From the IMG/VR virus record IMGVR_UViG_3300049570_000094: DNA of 64,000 bases. The stretch is one strand, 5' to 3'. Shown in pieces: positions 9,350 through 18,345 of this stretch. Below the pieces are notes generated by a model. The model was not told the DNA's origin. It saw only the letters and a list, made by a program, of their open reading frames with translations, and did not search any database. The stretch comes from an uncultured virus (IMG/VR IMGVR_UViG_3300049570_000094). Its lineage: Duplodnaviria; Heunggongvirae; Uroviricota; Caudoviricetes. The number at the start of each line of letters is the position of its first letter. Position 1 is the stretch's first letter. Made by a program: the position numbers and the translations under genes.

Positions 9350-9889
9350 ATGAAGAAGGGTTGTCCGTGTGGTCGTCCTTTAGATAGCAAAGGTGCTAAA
9401 GGGCTTTGTCACCGATGCTATGAGAAGAAACGCTACGCGGACGACCCGGTTCGCGGTCGCAGAATTAATTCGGCAAGTTACAAGAAACATAGGACCGTAA
9501 GACTTGCTGGTCAGAAAAGATGGAGGAAAGCTAATCCAGAGAAAAAGAAAGCCTCAGACAAGGCATACGCTCAGACAGGAAAATACTCCGCTTATCAGAA
9601 AGCGTATCGTCAAAGGAACAAGGCTGCTTTACGAGCAAAGACGATTGCTAAGAAATTCAAAATTCCGGTCGAGCTATATCTAAGCATGATCGAGTCGCAC
9701 AAAGGACGGTGCGCTATCTGCAATGGAAAGCCGAGCAAAAAGAAATTTCTGTGCGTGGATCACAATCACAGGACAAAGAAAGTGCGAGGACTTCTTTGTT
9801 CGCAGTGCAATTTGGCGCTAGGGTTGCTGAGAGATAGCGAAGCGTTGCTTAAAGCTGCGCTGAGATATCTTAATTACCACTGTAATTAG
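9350..9889 (+). CDS. Free-standing endonuclease VII-type (His-Me finger) homing endonuclease
   Basis: CAIC...VDHNH...VRGLLCSQCN-LG; basic N-terminal arm with Cys pairs. Confidence 0.88.
   Translation: MKKGCPCGRPLDSKGAKGLCHRCYEKKRYADDPVRGRRINSASYKKHRTVRLAGQKRWRKANPEKKKASDKAYAQTGKYSAYQKAYRQRNKAALRAKTIAKKFKIPVELYLSMIESHKGRCAICNGKPSKKKFLCVDHNHRTKKVRGLLCSQCNLALGLLRDSEALLKAALRYLNYHCN
9871..9888 (+). promoter_or_regulatory. Palindrome, copy 7 (perfect), overlapping the endonuclease stop
   Basis: TAATTAC-CACT-GTAATTA followed by an extra GGTAATTAGG. Confidence 0.7.
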
Positions 9890-9941
9890 GTAATTAGGAC
9901 TCCCTTGCACAAGGACGTGCATTCCTTTCTTGGAGCTAATA

Positions 9942-10175
9942 ATGGCTGACGAATATCATGATCTAACAAACGAAAGGAACTGGCCGCTCAGCCGCAATCG
10001 TTTACAGAAATTAAAAGAGCGGCATCCAGACGTGTACGCAACGTACAACGAGCGCGTAAACGCAATTCTTCGAGCACAATCACAAGCGCAGGATGATGCG
10101 TACGAGTTATCACCTGAGCGATTGAAATCGCGCATTGACGAATTAGAAATTCGTATCAGTCAACTGGAGAAATAA
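9942..10175 (+). CDS. Hypothetical protein with coiled-coil C-terminus
   Basis: GGAG SD. Confidence 0.65.
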   Translation: MADEYHDLTNERNWPLSRNRLQKLKERHPDVYATYNERVNAILRAQSQAQDDAYELSPERLKSRIDELEIRISQLEK

Positions 10176-10478
10176 ATGGCGCAGTTCTTGGCGGCGATTA
10201 AAGGCAGACGCGGAGAGGCAACACGGCTCGGTGATAAGAAGTCGGGAATTACCGGACGTGTTAATGGCTGGAACGGAGGCGTTACCGTCTATGCGACTCA
10301 TGTTGAGGGGAAGGGCGATCAATTCGAAATCTTTGCTACCGGAGGCAGCAACAAAGGTGAACAATCCGACTTTATCGGATTAGTAGATCAGAACGGCAAA
10401 TTTTACGTTGCCGAGAACATCAGAAAACAAATCGAAGAAGCTGCGGTAAGGGCGTATATTCAATCGCAACAGCTCTAA
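10176..10478 (+). CDS. Conserved phage hypothetical protein (ATRLG..SGI...VNGWNGGV...FATGGSN)
   Basis: GGAG SD. Confidence 0.75.
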   Translation: MAQFLAAIKGRRGEATRLGDKKSGITGRVNGWNGGVTVYATHVEGKGDQFEIFATGGSNKGEQSDFIGLVDQNGKFYVAENIRKQIEEAAVRAYIQSQQL

Positions 10479-10487
10479 GGGGCCGCT

Positions 10488-10898
10488 ATGAAAATCTCGC
10501 AAATCCGCTCCCTGTCCATCGGCAGAGGCGATAAGTTTTTCATGGAAGAGAAACGACAAACGCTCAACGGATCAGCCTTGATCGCGTCGGCTACCGCGTT
10601 CACGGTCAATCCGGGGAAGCGTCCTGTGAAGCATGAAGGCTTTCTGTTTGGCACGATGGAAAGATCGGGCTATTTCAAGATTTGGTTCTTCATGCTTTCC
10701 GATCATTCAATTACGGAAATCGAGGGAAATGAAAAATACACGACCATCGCAGAAATCGAAGAAAAGATTCATTCGGTCGAAAACCAAGAAACACGGAACA
10801 AGCCGAACCGGCTCGTCTACTCAACATCGAACGGACTCGAAATCATTACCAAGGAAGCGTGTGGAATACGAATGGCTGATGGTAGAGGACGGATTTGA
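10488..10898 (+). CDS. Hypothetical protein
   Basis: AAGGGG SD; tiles with neighbours. Confidence 0.65.
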   Translation: MKISQIRSLSIGRGDKFFMEEKRQTLNGSALIASATAFTVNPGKRPVKHEGFLFGTMERSGYFKIWFFMLSDHSITEIEGNEKYTTIAEIEEKIHSVENQETRNKPNRLVYSTSNGLEIITKEACGIRMADGRGRI

Positions 10899-11109
10899 AG
10901 CGCAGCTTATTTGTTCGCCGGAAGAAGCAGCGCTGGTGTCCGGCCTCATGGTCCGAGGCGGTCACAGTTTCCAGTGCGTGAAATGGAAAGACGGTTACTG
11001 GAAGGTCAGCGGATTTTTCACCGGCCCGTTCATTTTGCAAAATGCTTACGATCGAGCTGCCGAATATTTGCAGAATGAGAGATTCAAAGTCACCGATCCG
11101 TTATACTGA
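10879..11109 (+). CDS. Hypothetical protein
   Basis: Fills the gap; start uncertain. Confidence 0.55.
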   Translation: MVEDGFEAQLICSPEEAALVSGLMVRGGHSFQCVKWKDGYWKVSGFFTGPFILQNAYDRAAEYLQNERFKVTDPLY

Positions 11110-11120
11110 GCGAGGGAGTC

Positions 11121-11489
11121 ATGGACATTCAGCTTAACGAGTTTGAGCGCGCCTATTTCGAGGCCGCGTTATGGACCGCCGAGTTGGAGAGTCATTCGGT
11201 GGATGAAATTGACAAAAGGCATATTGAAAACTCGCGTAAGGAAATTGCTGCGTTCCGGGAAACCGCTGCTTACAAGGATGCCATTGAAACGGGCCTTTGG
11301 ACCGAGGCCCAAGCCGGTCATGATTTTTGGCTCACGCGAAATCATCATGGTGCGGGATTTTGGGACAGGTATTCGTCGGGTGAGGGTTATGATCTTGGTC
11401 AAAAGCTGACTGAGCTGTCGCATAAATATCCTGAAATATTCGTCTTCGAAGGTCTTTACGACGGCGTTGTCAGGATTGGAATTGAATAA
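11121..11489 (+). CDS. Conserved phage hypothetical protein (GHDFWLTRNHHGAGFWDR)
   Basis: GAGGGAG SD; family motif. Confidence 0.8.
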   Translation: MDIQLNEFERAYFEAALWTAELESHSVDEIDKRHIENSRKEIAAFRETAAYKDAIETGLWTEAQAGHDFWLTRNHHGAGFWDRYSSGEGYDLGQKLTELSHKYPEIFVFEGLYDGVVRIGIE

Positions 11490-11565
11490 TGAGCTTGAAA
11501 TTAAGACTCGTCTGCATGTTGATTGGCGCGGTTGCTGCTTTTATCCTGATAAAATTAGGAGCGAT

Positions 11566-11790
11566 ATGATGGCTAAGAAATCGGTGACAGGAACCATTGC
11601 GCAGTTAGCGGATACTGCGCTTGTTAGTGGAACACAGCTTTCAGTAACGGACTGGTCTGTCCTGACGCGAATCCTTCAAGGCGCGAAATGCGCGCGCATA
11701 CTCGGCGAGCAAAAGCCGGAAAGCGGAAAAGGCAGAACGTCGAAGGTTTGGGAAATCGACGCAGAGATATCGCTCAAGGTGTCGAAGTGA
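11566..11790 (+). CDS. Small putative winged-helix-like DNA-binding protein
   Basis: AGGAG SD; GKGRTSKVWEI wing-like C-terminus. Confidence 0.55.
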   Translation: MMAKKSVTGTIAQLADTALVSGTQLSVTDWSVLTRILQGAKCARILGEQKPESGKGRTSKVWEIDAEISLKVSK

Positions 11791-12008
11791 AAGGAGACAT
11801 TAACTGGCGCATTTATTTCAAGGTGCCGTCAGATATCGTTCTCAATCCGAAAACGAAAGAGACAATCGGAAAGAGGCTCGTTGGAATGGTTGAAGCGCCG
11901 ACTAAGGAGGAAGCGGAAATACGTGCTGCTAGAGGAAACTGGCGCAACCGATATATTCCGGATGAAGTTCAGCTTCCGAAGGAGCCTGTGTACCGCGCAG
12001 AAATATGA
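11787..12008 (+). CDS. Hypothetical protein (VEAPTKEEA motif)
   Basis: GTGA overlap. Confidence 0.6.
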   Translation: MKGDINWRIYFKVPSDIVLNPKTKETIGKRLVGMVEAPTKEEAEIRAARGNWRNRYIPDEVQLPKEPVYRAEI

Positions 12009-12304
12009 GCAAAGCAATTGGAGGCATTCACCCAATCAGGCCGTCTTGGTTGGCGAAAATGGCGGGGCATGTTCTGGCTGAGCTGCCAAAGAATCCGCTC
12101 TATGTTTCTTGGTATCTCTTCCGAGCTGCAAACACAATTTCAACTTACGAACGACTTCTGAAAGAAAACGGGATCGTGATCCCGGAAAGGACAGACCAAT
12201 GGATATCATGTCGGCACGATTTACCCCTTCAAGCCGTCCGAAAGTGTCGGACGAGTTATGGGAAGAAATCATCGCGAAATTCCCGAGCGGCCAGCTCCCG
12301 GTAG
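12005..12304 (+). CDS. Hypothetical protein
   Basis: ATGA overlap; 3' end overlaps the next ORF. Confidence 0.5.
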   Translation: MSKAIGGIHPIRPSWLAKMAGHVLAELPKNPLYVSWYLFRAANTISTYERLLKENGIVIPERTDQWISCRHDLPLQAVRKCRTSYGKKSSRNSRAASSR

Positions 12305-12636
12305 TGGATCACTGCTATTGCCTTCGATTCGAAACGATGTTCGGGGAGCCGTTCTATATTCCGGATTTCGTTCTCACGAACAATATTCCGGTCGGCTGGA
12401 AGTCGGCAAAGCCAAAAGACCTAGTAGCATTTCGGCAAATGCTACTAGCACCGAACCGAGGATCAAGGCTGCGTCAACGGTTGCAGTCCTATTTCCTGCA
12501 AAAGCTGGAGTCCGTTGTCGGTTATGTGGCATGGAGGCCGCATGATGAAACATCAAAACCGTGGATGTTTAAAGGTCTAATGCCGGATTTCAAATTCGGT
12601 AATACGCCTGACGAGGCGATGCGAGGATTTCTATGA
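12199..12636 (+). CDS. Hypothetical protein
   Basis: AAGGA before ATG 12199. Confidence 0.65.
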   Translation: MDIMSARFTPSSRPKVSDELWEEIIAKFPSGQLPVVDHCYCLRFETMFGEPFYIPDFVLTNNIPVGWKSAKPKDLVAFRQMLLAPNRGSRLRQRLQSYFLQKLESVVGYVAWRPHDETSKPWMFKGLMPDFKFGNTPDEAMRGFL

Positions 12637-12923
12637 TTCTTTCGTCGTACGAAACGCTGGCACTGGTTGGATGGGCATGCGTATTTCAATTGCGTGCGCT
12701 TGAAGTGATCGAGGATCAGGAAGCAGGAACAACGCTGACGCTCGGTGACTTCGTAAAGGACGAAAGAGTGGAAGGACTTTTTGACAAAGGATGCAAGCTT
12801 GGGGACGGCACGGAAAAACTCTGCGAAATCGCTCTTGAAACCATCCATTCAATTTATCCTCATAAATTGGAGATCATCAAAGATGGCGATCGGACCCACT
12901 ATGTCATTTTGGGAGAAAATTAA
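12633..12923 (+). CDS. Hypothetical protein
   Basis: GAGGA SD, ATGA overlap. Confidence 0.65.
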   Translation: MILSSYETLALVGWACVFQLRALEVIEDQEAGTTLTLGDFVKDERVEGLFDKGCKLGDGTEKLCEIALETIHSIYPHKLEIIKDGDRTHYVILGEN

Positions 12924-13194
12924 GTTCTATGTCTTTCGCAGACGTGAACTGATTCTTGAGGAATTTGCGAATGGGAATCGTCGCACGGTTCGCACTTTTA
13001 TTGTGGTTGGCGATCCGACTGCGCCGTGGGGTCGGCCGAGATATTTCTACATCCTCAAGAGTAAGAGGACAGGAAATCAAATCGTATGGAACAACGAAGG
13101 AAAATGGGTCGAAGGAGACGATCTGCTTTATCGAAACACACGGCTCCTTAGCTTTCCGCACTTCCGGAATCTCTCGGTTGGAAACGATAGTTAG
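12901..13194 (+). CDS. Hypothetical protein
   Basis: Tiles with neighbours. Confidence 0.6.
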   Translation: MSFWEKIKFYVFRRRELILEEFANGNRRTVRTFIVVGDPTAPWGRPRYFYILKSKRTGNQIVWNNEGKWVEGDDLLYRNTRLLSFPHFRNLSVGNDS

Positions 13195-13204
13195 CTTCAT
13201 CTAT

Positions 13205-13534
13205 ATGCCACGATGGACTGATCGCTCTTTTGTGGATGAAAAAATCCTAATGCGAATCGTAGAAGTCGAGCGAGAAAAAGAACGATCGCTTTGGCAGTGG
13301 CATGTTTCTGTACGTTCAGCCTTCCAGTTGGAAGGCCGACATTATTCGCCAACAGCAATTCATACGGACATTGTTCTAATGGCGATAGCAAGGAATGTCG
13401 CTGATCCATGCAATCGCAGCGGTCCTGAAATGTGGAACGACGCATGGGAGCGGCGTTTAATGTGGACGGAGTTGCAGAGTATTCGCAGAGAAGTTCTGCG
13501 GCATGTCGAAGGTCCTTCGCGCACTCTAAATTGA
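13205..13534 (+). CDS. Hypothetical protein
   Basis: Fills the gap; start uncertain. Confidence 0.5.
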   Translation: MPRWTDRSFVDEKILMRIVEVEREKERSLWQWHVSVRSAFQLEGRHYSPTAIHTDIVLMAIARNVADPCNRSGPEMWNDAWERRLMWTELQSIRREVLRHVEGPSRTLN

Positions 13535-13545
13535 CAAGGAGAGTG

Positions 13546-13791
13546 ATGGCCGAAAAGGTGCGGGTCGTTCTCAGGATGAAGAATGACCAGCTTTACGTAA
13601 GGCCCGCTGGTTTCCAACAAGGTGTGGAAGTACATGGACGGACAATCATCTATGGGAGCGCAGTGGACGAATTTCTGGACCGCCTGCCTTGGGCGGTGTT
13701 TAAGGACGTAGTAGCGGGATGGAAATTGGTAGCGGAAATTCCGAGGGAGGATTACGACAAATATCGAAAGCTGTTTGCAAATCGGAAATAA
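13546..13791 (+). CDS. Hypothetical protein
   Basis: AAGGAG SD. Confidence 0.7.
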   Translation: MAEKVRVVLRMKNDQLYVRPAGFQQGVEVHGRTIIYGSAVDEFLDRLPWAVFKDVVAGWKLVAEIPREDYDKYRKLFANRK

Positions 13792-13802
13792 CGTGGTAAA
13801 TT
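13774..13802 (+). promoter_or_regulatory. Putative sigma70-type promoter with extended -10
   Basis: TTGCAA-16nt-TAAATT with TG upstream of the -10 (TGGTAAATT). Confidence 0.5.
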
Positions 13803-13863
13803 AATTCTCATGATCTACGGGCGGCTGGACCGTTTCCAGTCATATCACTTGGAGCAAAAGGAA

Positions 13864-14367
13864 ATGGCAAAGCAGAGCGAGCACGCACGATTTTTCGGCG
13901 GCACGAATATGGGTGATCTGATGATCCGCGCTGCGCATCGCGGCTTGGGTCAGATGATCGGTGAATACGACTCCGCAAATGCGCCTACCACGGATGCGGA
14001 TACGACCGCCCCGAAGCGGGGTCGTCCCGCTACCAAGACTGCGGGAACGGGCCGTCGCGGCCGTCCGCCCGGCAGTGGCAAGCGACGAGGCCGTCCGCCC
14101 GGTTCGGGCGCGAAGCGCGGTCGTCCGGCGAAGTCGGCGACCGGCAAGCGCCGGGGTCGTCCGCCCGGTTCCGGTACGAAGGCCAAGACTGGCGCGAAAC
14201 GCGGTCGCCCGGCCGGGTCGGGTCGGGGTCCGGGGCGTCCGGCCAAGGTAGTCCCCGCCAAGGCTCCGCGCAAGGCAGCGAAGGCCGCTCGCAAGATCGT
14301 GAAGAAGGTCGCGCGCAAGGCTTCTGTACAGAAAGCGGTGAAGGTCCCTGAGGCCACTGCCGAGTAA
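13864..14367 (+). CDS. AT-hook / histone H1-like DNA-binding protein
   Basis: Six (K/R)RGRP motifs plus PGRP, then a K/A-rich tail. Confidence 0.85.
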   Translation: MAKQSEHARFFGGTNMGDLMIRAAHRGLGQMIGEYDSANAPTTDADTTAPKRGRPATKTAGTGRRGRPPGSGKRRGRPPGSGAKRGRPAKSATGKRRGRPPGSGTKAKTGAKRGRPAGSGRGPGRPAKVVPAKAPRKAAKAARKIVKKVARKASVQKAVKVPEATAE

Positions 14368-14386
14368 GCGTCGAGGCTGCTAGACT

Positions 14387-14428
14387 AGAAGCCGGGGAAG
14401 GGCGATCTTCCCCGGCTTCTTATTTCTG
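14387..14428 (+). terminator. Intrinsic terminator
   Basis: AGAAGCCGGGGAAG/CTTCCCCGGCTTCT 14-bp stem, then TATTTCTG. Confidence 0.85.
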
Positions 14429-14492
14429 AATTGACCAAAACCTGTGAAGGTTATCCGCGCAAGGAAATTGCGTGGTTAGGGAGGCTGTTCAA

Positions 14493-14798
14493 ATGAGTGA
14501 AGCAAGAAAGGATCGTCGCGGGACACCGAGCAATAAGCGTCCAAATCATAATCAAGGAAAGAAAGGTAACGGACTTAGCGAACGTTCACTAGCTAGATTG
14601 AATGGATTCAGTCAAGCGCTTGAGGCTCCGAATCCGCAGCCGATGTATTTCTCGTCAATGAAGCTCGGCGTAAAGCCGACGAACTACGAAAAGAATAGAC
14701 AGCTTCTTTGTCGCTTACACGATCTGAAAATCCAGCATAGGAACCAAATCCGCGCTGAGCGTACAGCAGCGGCTTTGAAAGCCTATGCGAGCAATTAA
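14493..14798 (+). CDS. Basic hypothetical protein
   Basis: GGAGG SD. Confidence 0.65.
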   Translation: MSEARKDRRGTPSNKRPNHNQGKKGNGLSERSLARLNGFSQALEAPNPQPMYFSSMKLGVKPTNYEKNRQLLCRLHDLKIQHRNQIRAERTAAALKAYASN

Positions 14799-15066
14799 GC
14801 TTGACGGCGGAAGTAAACCAGCGCAGCCAGCTCCCAAAAAGGAAATTGTTTTTGAGGATGAAGCAGATTCAAGATATGGCTTCTATCGAGCGAAAGAGAG
14901 TCATGTAATTACGCGGTACAAGATTCCTTTTCAAATCGAGAAAGGTCAGAAAGTCGAAGTAATCGAGGACAAGGGGGACAGGGTGCTTGTTCATTTGGAC
15001 GCTTCTCGTACGATCTACTGTGATTCGGATAAATTCTTCCGGGATTTCGAGCGCGTCACGCGTTAG
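14785..15066 (+). CDS. Hypothetical protein, possibly an SH3-like beta barrel
   Basis: IEKGQKVEVIE pattern; followed by a terminator. Confidence 0.6.
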   Translation: MRAIKLDGGSKPAQPAPKKEIVFEDEADSRYGFYRAKESHVITRYKIPFQIEKGQKVEVIEDKGDRVLVHLDASRTIYCDSDKFFRDFERVTR

Positions 15067-15072
15067 CACACG

Positions 15073-15110
15073 GCGGCTCCGTCATTTTTGGCGGGGCCGC
15101 TTTTATTTCT
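15073..15110 (+). terminator. Intrinsic terminator
   Basis: GCGGCTCCGTCA/TGGCGGGGCCGC stem with G.U pairs, then TTTTATTTCT. Confidence 0.75.
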
Positions 15111-15123
15111 ACAGAGGAAAAGA

Positions 15124-17187
15124 ATGAAACACGATATTGAGCTGCAACCTGCTTCTGCGGATATTTGGGCAACCAAGTATCAGTTGAAAAGGAAAGACGG
15201 ATCGGCAGTCGATGAATCTGTCGAAGCCACATTTAGGCGCGTAGCAAAAGCGCTTGCGTCTGTCGAAAAAACGCAGCATCACATTTGGGAAGAAACCTTC
15301 TTCAACACGATGATGCAGGGAGCGACCCCAGCGGGCCGAATTATTTCCAATGCCGGGGCTCAGGAGCACAAGCCGAATGCGTCAACGATCAATTGCACAG
15401 TGTCATCCACCATCCACGATTCAATGCACGGAATTCTACAAGGCGTGTATGAAGGTGGAATCACTCTCGCGGCAGGCTGCGGAATTGGCTACGACTTTTC
15501 AACGCTACGTCCTCGCGGGGCATTCGTTGCAGGCGTCGGCGCGAAAACTAGCGGCGCTATTTCCTTCATGAATATCTACGACGCCATGTGCTTTACGGTT
15601 GCAAGCGCAGGCGGACGTAGAGGCGCGCAGATGGGGACGCTGGATATTCGGCATCCGGATATCGAGGACTTCATTACTGCAAAGCGCGAAGATGGCAGGC
15701 TTCGTCAATTCAATTTGTCCGTGCTCATCACGGATGATTTCATGAAGGCTGTCGATCTGGACGAAGATTGGAATTTGATCTTTCCGCTTAATCCAAAGGA
15801 ACATGCGGAAGGTGTGGAAACGGTGTGGGCGTTCTGGCCGAATATCGAACCCAATTACGTTGTGAATGAATTCAGCGGCGCAGTGAAATGCCGCGTGTAC
15901 AAGACGATCAAGGCCCGCAAACTTTGGGACTTGATTATGGACAGCAATTACAATTTTGCTGAGCCGGGATTTATTCTGATTGATCGCTACAATGCGATGA
16001 ACAACAACTGGTTCTGCGAGGATATTCGTGCGACGAATCCTTGCGGCGAACAAGGTCTGCCGCCGTACGGCGCGTGCTTGCTCGGTTCAATAAATCTCAC
16101 GAAGTTCGTCGTCAATCCCTACAGCGATAACCCGAGTTTCGATTGGAGCGCGTTTAAGACGTGCGTGAAGAATTTCACGCGCATGCTCGATAACGTAGTC
16201 GAATTGAACGGGCTTCCTCTGGAAAAACAGCGCGAAGAAATCATGCGCAAGCGCCGTCATGGAATGGGTTATTACGGACTCGGCTCGGCAATGACCATGA
16301 TGGGAATGGTCTACGGGGACGATAAATCCGTCGAGTTCACAAGCGACGTAACCCGCTGTCTTGCAATTATGGGACTCTGGACCGGCGTGCATCTTGCGCG
16401 CGAAAAAGGAATGGCTCCCGTATTGCAGGAATCATTCAAGGTTACGGGAGCGATGCTTAATCGGAATCCGCAAGCTGCGCTGGAAGGAATTAAAGCGGGC
16501 GAGCTGGTGACTGGACTGGAATTGCTGTGCCACTCAGGCTACATGCTGCAAATCAAGAATTGGGACCGCGATCTTTGGGATCATATCCGCACTCATGGTT
16601 TGCGCTTCACGCATCACAGTTCGATTGCGCCGACTGGCACACTTTCTCTTTCGTTCGGTAACAATTGCAGTAACGGAATTGAACCGACGTTCGCGCACGA
16701 ATACACACGCAACGTGATTCGTGAAGGACGTAAGACGAAGGAAGCGATTAAGGTTCAGAGCTACGAATTGCTGGTATGGGAGAAGGAAACCGAGGGCGTC
16801 ATCGAGTTTCATGGTCCTACAACGGACAGCATTTCTCCGAGCGATCACATGCGAATTCAAGCCGCAGCTCAGCGCTGGATCGACTCGTCCATTTCCAAAA
16901 CGGTGAACGTTCCTTCGGATATTTCGTTCGAAGATTTCAAGGACGTTTACAAGATGGGTTACAAGCTTGGCTGCAAAGGTGTCGCTACGTTCCGATTTAA
17001 TCCGGAAGCTTTTCAGGGCGTGCTCGTCAAGGAAAATGATTTGGAAAATACGCTCTATCGTTTCACTACAGAGGACGGGCATGTCGTGACTGTTAAAGGT
17101 CACGAACAAGTTTGGTATGACGGTGCGCTGCATACGGCTGCAAATCTGCATGACGCACTTAAGGAGGGTACATATGGCAGGTTCTAA
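15124..17187 (+). CDS. nrdJ: Class II (adenosylcobalamin-dependent) ribonucleotide reductase, large subunit
   Basis: PAGRI, STINC, RRGAQM, ATNPCGEQ, SIAPTGT, ISKTVN. Confidence 0.95.
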   Translation: MKHDIELQPASADIWATKYQLKRKDGSAVDESVEATFRRVAKALASVEKTQHHIWEETFFNTMMQGATPAGRIISNAGAQEHKPNASTINCTVSSTIHDSMHGILQGVYEGGITLAAGCGIGYDFSTLRPRGAFVAGVGAKTSGAISFMNIYDAMCFTVASAGGRRGAQMGTLDIRHPDIEDFITAKREDGRLRQFNLSVLITDDFMKAVDLDEDWNLIFPLNPKEHAEGVETVWAFWPNIEPNYVVNEFSGAVKCRVYKTIKARKLWDLIMDSNYNFAEPGFILIDRYNAMNNNWFCEDIRATNPCGEQGLPPYGACLLGSINLTKFVVNPYSDNPSFDWSAFKTCVKNFTRMLDNVVELNGLPLEKQREEIMRKRRHGMGYYGLGSAMTMMGMVYGDDKSVEFTSDVTRCLAIMGLWTGVHLAREKGMAPVLQESFKVTGAMLNRNPQAALEGIKAGELVTGLELLCHSGYMLQIKNWDRDLWDHIRTHGLRFTHHSSIAPTGTLSLSFGNNCSNGIEPTFAHEYTRNVIREGRKTKEAIKVQSYELLVWEKETEGVIEFHGPTTDSISPSDHMRIQAAAQRWIDSSISKTVNVPSDISFEDFKDVYKMGYKLGCKGVATFRFNPEAFQGVLVKENDLENTLYRFTTEDGHVVTVKGHEQVWYDGALHTAANLHDALKEGTYGRF

Positions 17188-17794
17188 AGAAAACGCAGCC
17201 GTTGTAATTGGATCGAAGATCGTTAAATCCGAAGTCGTGAATCCTACAAAGGATGCAGCGATTCCGGCAGCTATTCCGACGAAATCCATGTCTGAAAAGA
17301 TTGAGCGCCCGAGTACGTTGAGTGCGAAGGTCTACAAGATCAAACCGAGCGAGCATGCTTACTACATCACGATTAGCGATATCGTGCTGAATGAAGGTAC
17401 CGAACATCAGATAGTTCGCCCATATGAAATCTTTATCAACACGAAAGACATGAGCAATTTCCAGTGGATTGCAGCGCTTTCTCGGATGATTTCAGCAGTG
17501 ATGCGCAAAGGAGGCGATCTAACATTTGCTATCGAAGAACTGATGGCAACGTTTGATCCAGCCGGAGGCGCGTGGGTTGAAGGAGCTTATGTGCCTAGCA
17601 CAGTTGCTTATATCGGAATTGTGATCGAGCGTCATTTACAGTCGCTAGGTTTACTGCCGAAAAAAGAAGCTGCTGCGCCACAAATAGAAAATCCGCCGAA
17701 AGGCGGTTACTGCAACAAGTGCCACTCCTATTCTGTTGTGAAGCAGGAAGGCTGTGACATATGCGTTAATTGTGGCGCTTCAAAATGTGGCTAG
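17174..17794 (+). CDS. nrdJb: NrdJb / TSCPD-domain RNR small partner
   Basis: YITISD, PYEIFIN, LSRMISAV; C-terminal CxxC...EGC..CxxCG.SKCG. Confidence 0.9.
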   Translation: MAGSKENAAVVIGSKIVKSEVVNPTKDAAIPAAIPTKSMSEKIERPSTLSAKVYKIKPSEHAYYITISDIVLNEGTEHQIVRPYEIFINTKDMSNFQWIAALSRMISAVMRKGGDLTFAIEELMATFDPAGGAWVEGAYVPSTVAYIGIVIERHLQSLGLLPKKEAAAPQIENPPKGGYCNKCHSYSVVKQEGCDICVNCGASKCG

Positions 17795-17871
17795 CGCTTT
17801 TGTAACAGGGAAGTGGTAAGATAATCGGCGGCGATATCCGTCGCCGTTAGTCCAAAATCAGGAGTAATATC

Positions 17872-18279
17872 GTGAAAATTCAGAAAGGCAAATTCGGTGG
17901 TCCCGACGTTTCAAAGGCTACCGAAACAAATCAGATTTTCTTCAAGGATGCCGAAGGCGTCATGAAGGCTACGTTCTCGGGCGCTCCGGGCGAAGTCGGT
18001 ATTTATAAGCTGTCGGCAAATCAATCTGTAGCTTACAAGACTTGCAGTGTCGCAAACACGCAGAAGTCGAACGGTGATGTTGGTTGGGGAAACTCGCACG
18101 GAACTTTCCATGCAGGTGGCAAAGCTGCCGGGCAGGGCGCGCAAATCGCGAACTTTAATCCCAATCAAAACAAGGGCGCTAATTTCCCTAGTTACGAAAC
18201 AGCTCCGTATCTCATCGTCAAGATTGGAGCGGATGGCGCACCAATGACTGTGATCTTCGGCGAAGGTATTGCTGTCTAG
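17872..18279 (+). CDS. Hypothetical Gly-rich beta-type protein, apparently monocistronic
   Basis: AGGAG SD, GTG start, own upstream hairpin and downstream terminator. Confidence 0.8.
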   Translation: MKIQKGKFGGPDVSKATETNQIFFKDAEGVMKATFSGAPGEVGIYKLSANQSVAYKTCSVANTQKSNGDVGWGNSHGTFHAGGKAAGQGAQIANFNPNQNKGANFPSYETAPYLIVKIGADGAPMTVIFGEGIAV

Positions 18280-18291
18280 AAAAACGAGGCG

Positions 18292-18329
18292 AGGCACGCT
18301 CCCGGCAATCGGGAGCGTGCCTATTTCTG
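18292..18329 (+). terminator. Intrinsic terminator
   Basis: AGGCACGCTCCCG/CGGGAGCGTGCCT, then ATTTCTG. Confidence 0.8.
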
Positions 18330-18345
18330 TAATCAGGAGAAATTC

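Noticed and set aside
138..9888. Early palindromes as a CRISPR array or integron attC sites
   Set aside because: Spacing is irregular and gene-sized, the repeat is only about 17 nt, there is no GTTRRRY core, and no cas or integrase gene is present
13950..14357. Antisense ORF with PGGRPR repeats
   Set aside because: Mirror of the GC-rich AT-hook codons on the + strand
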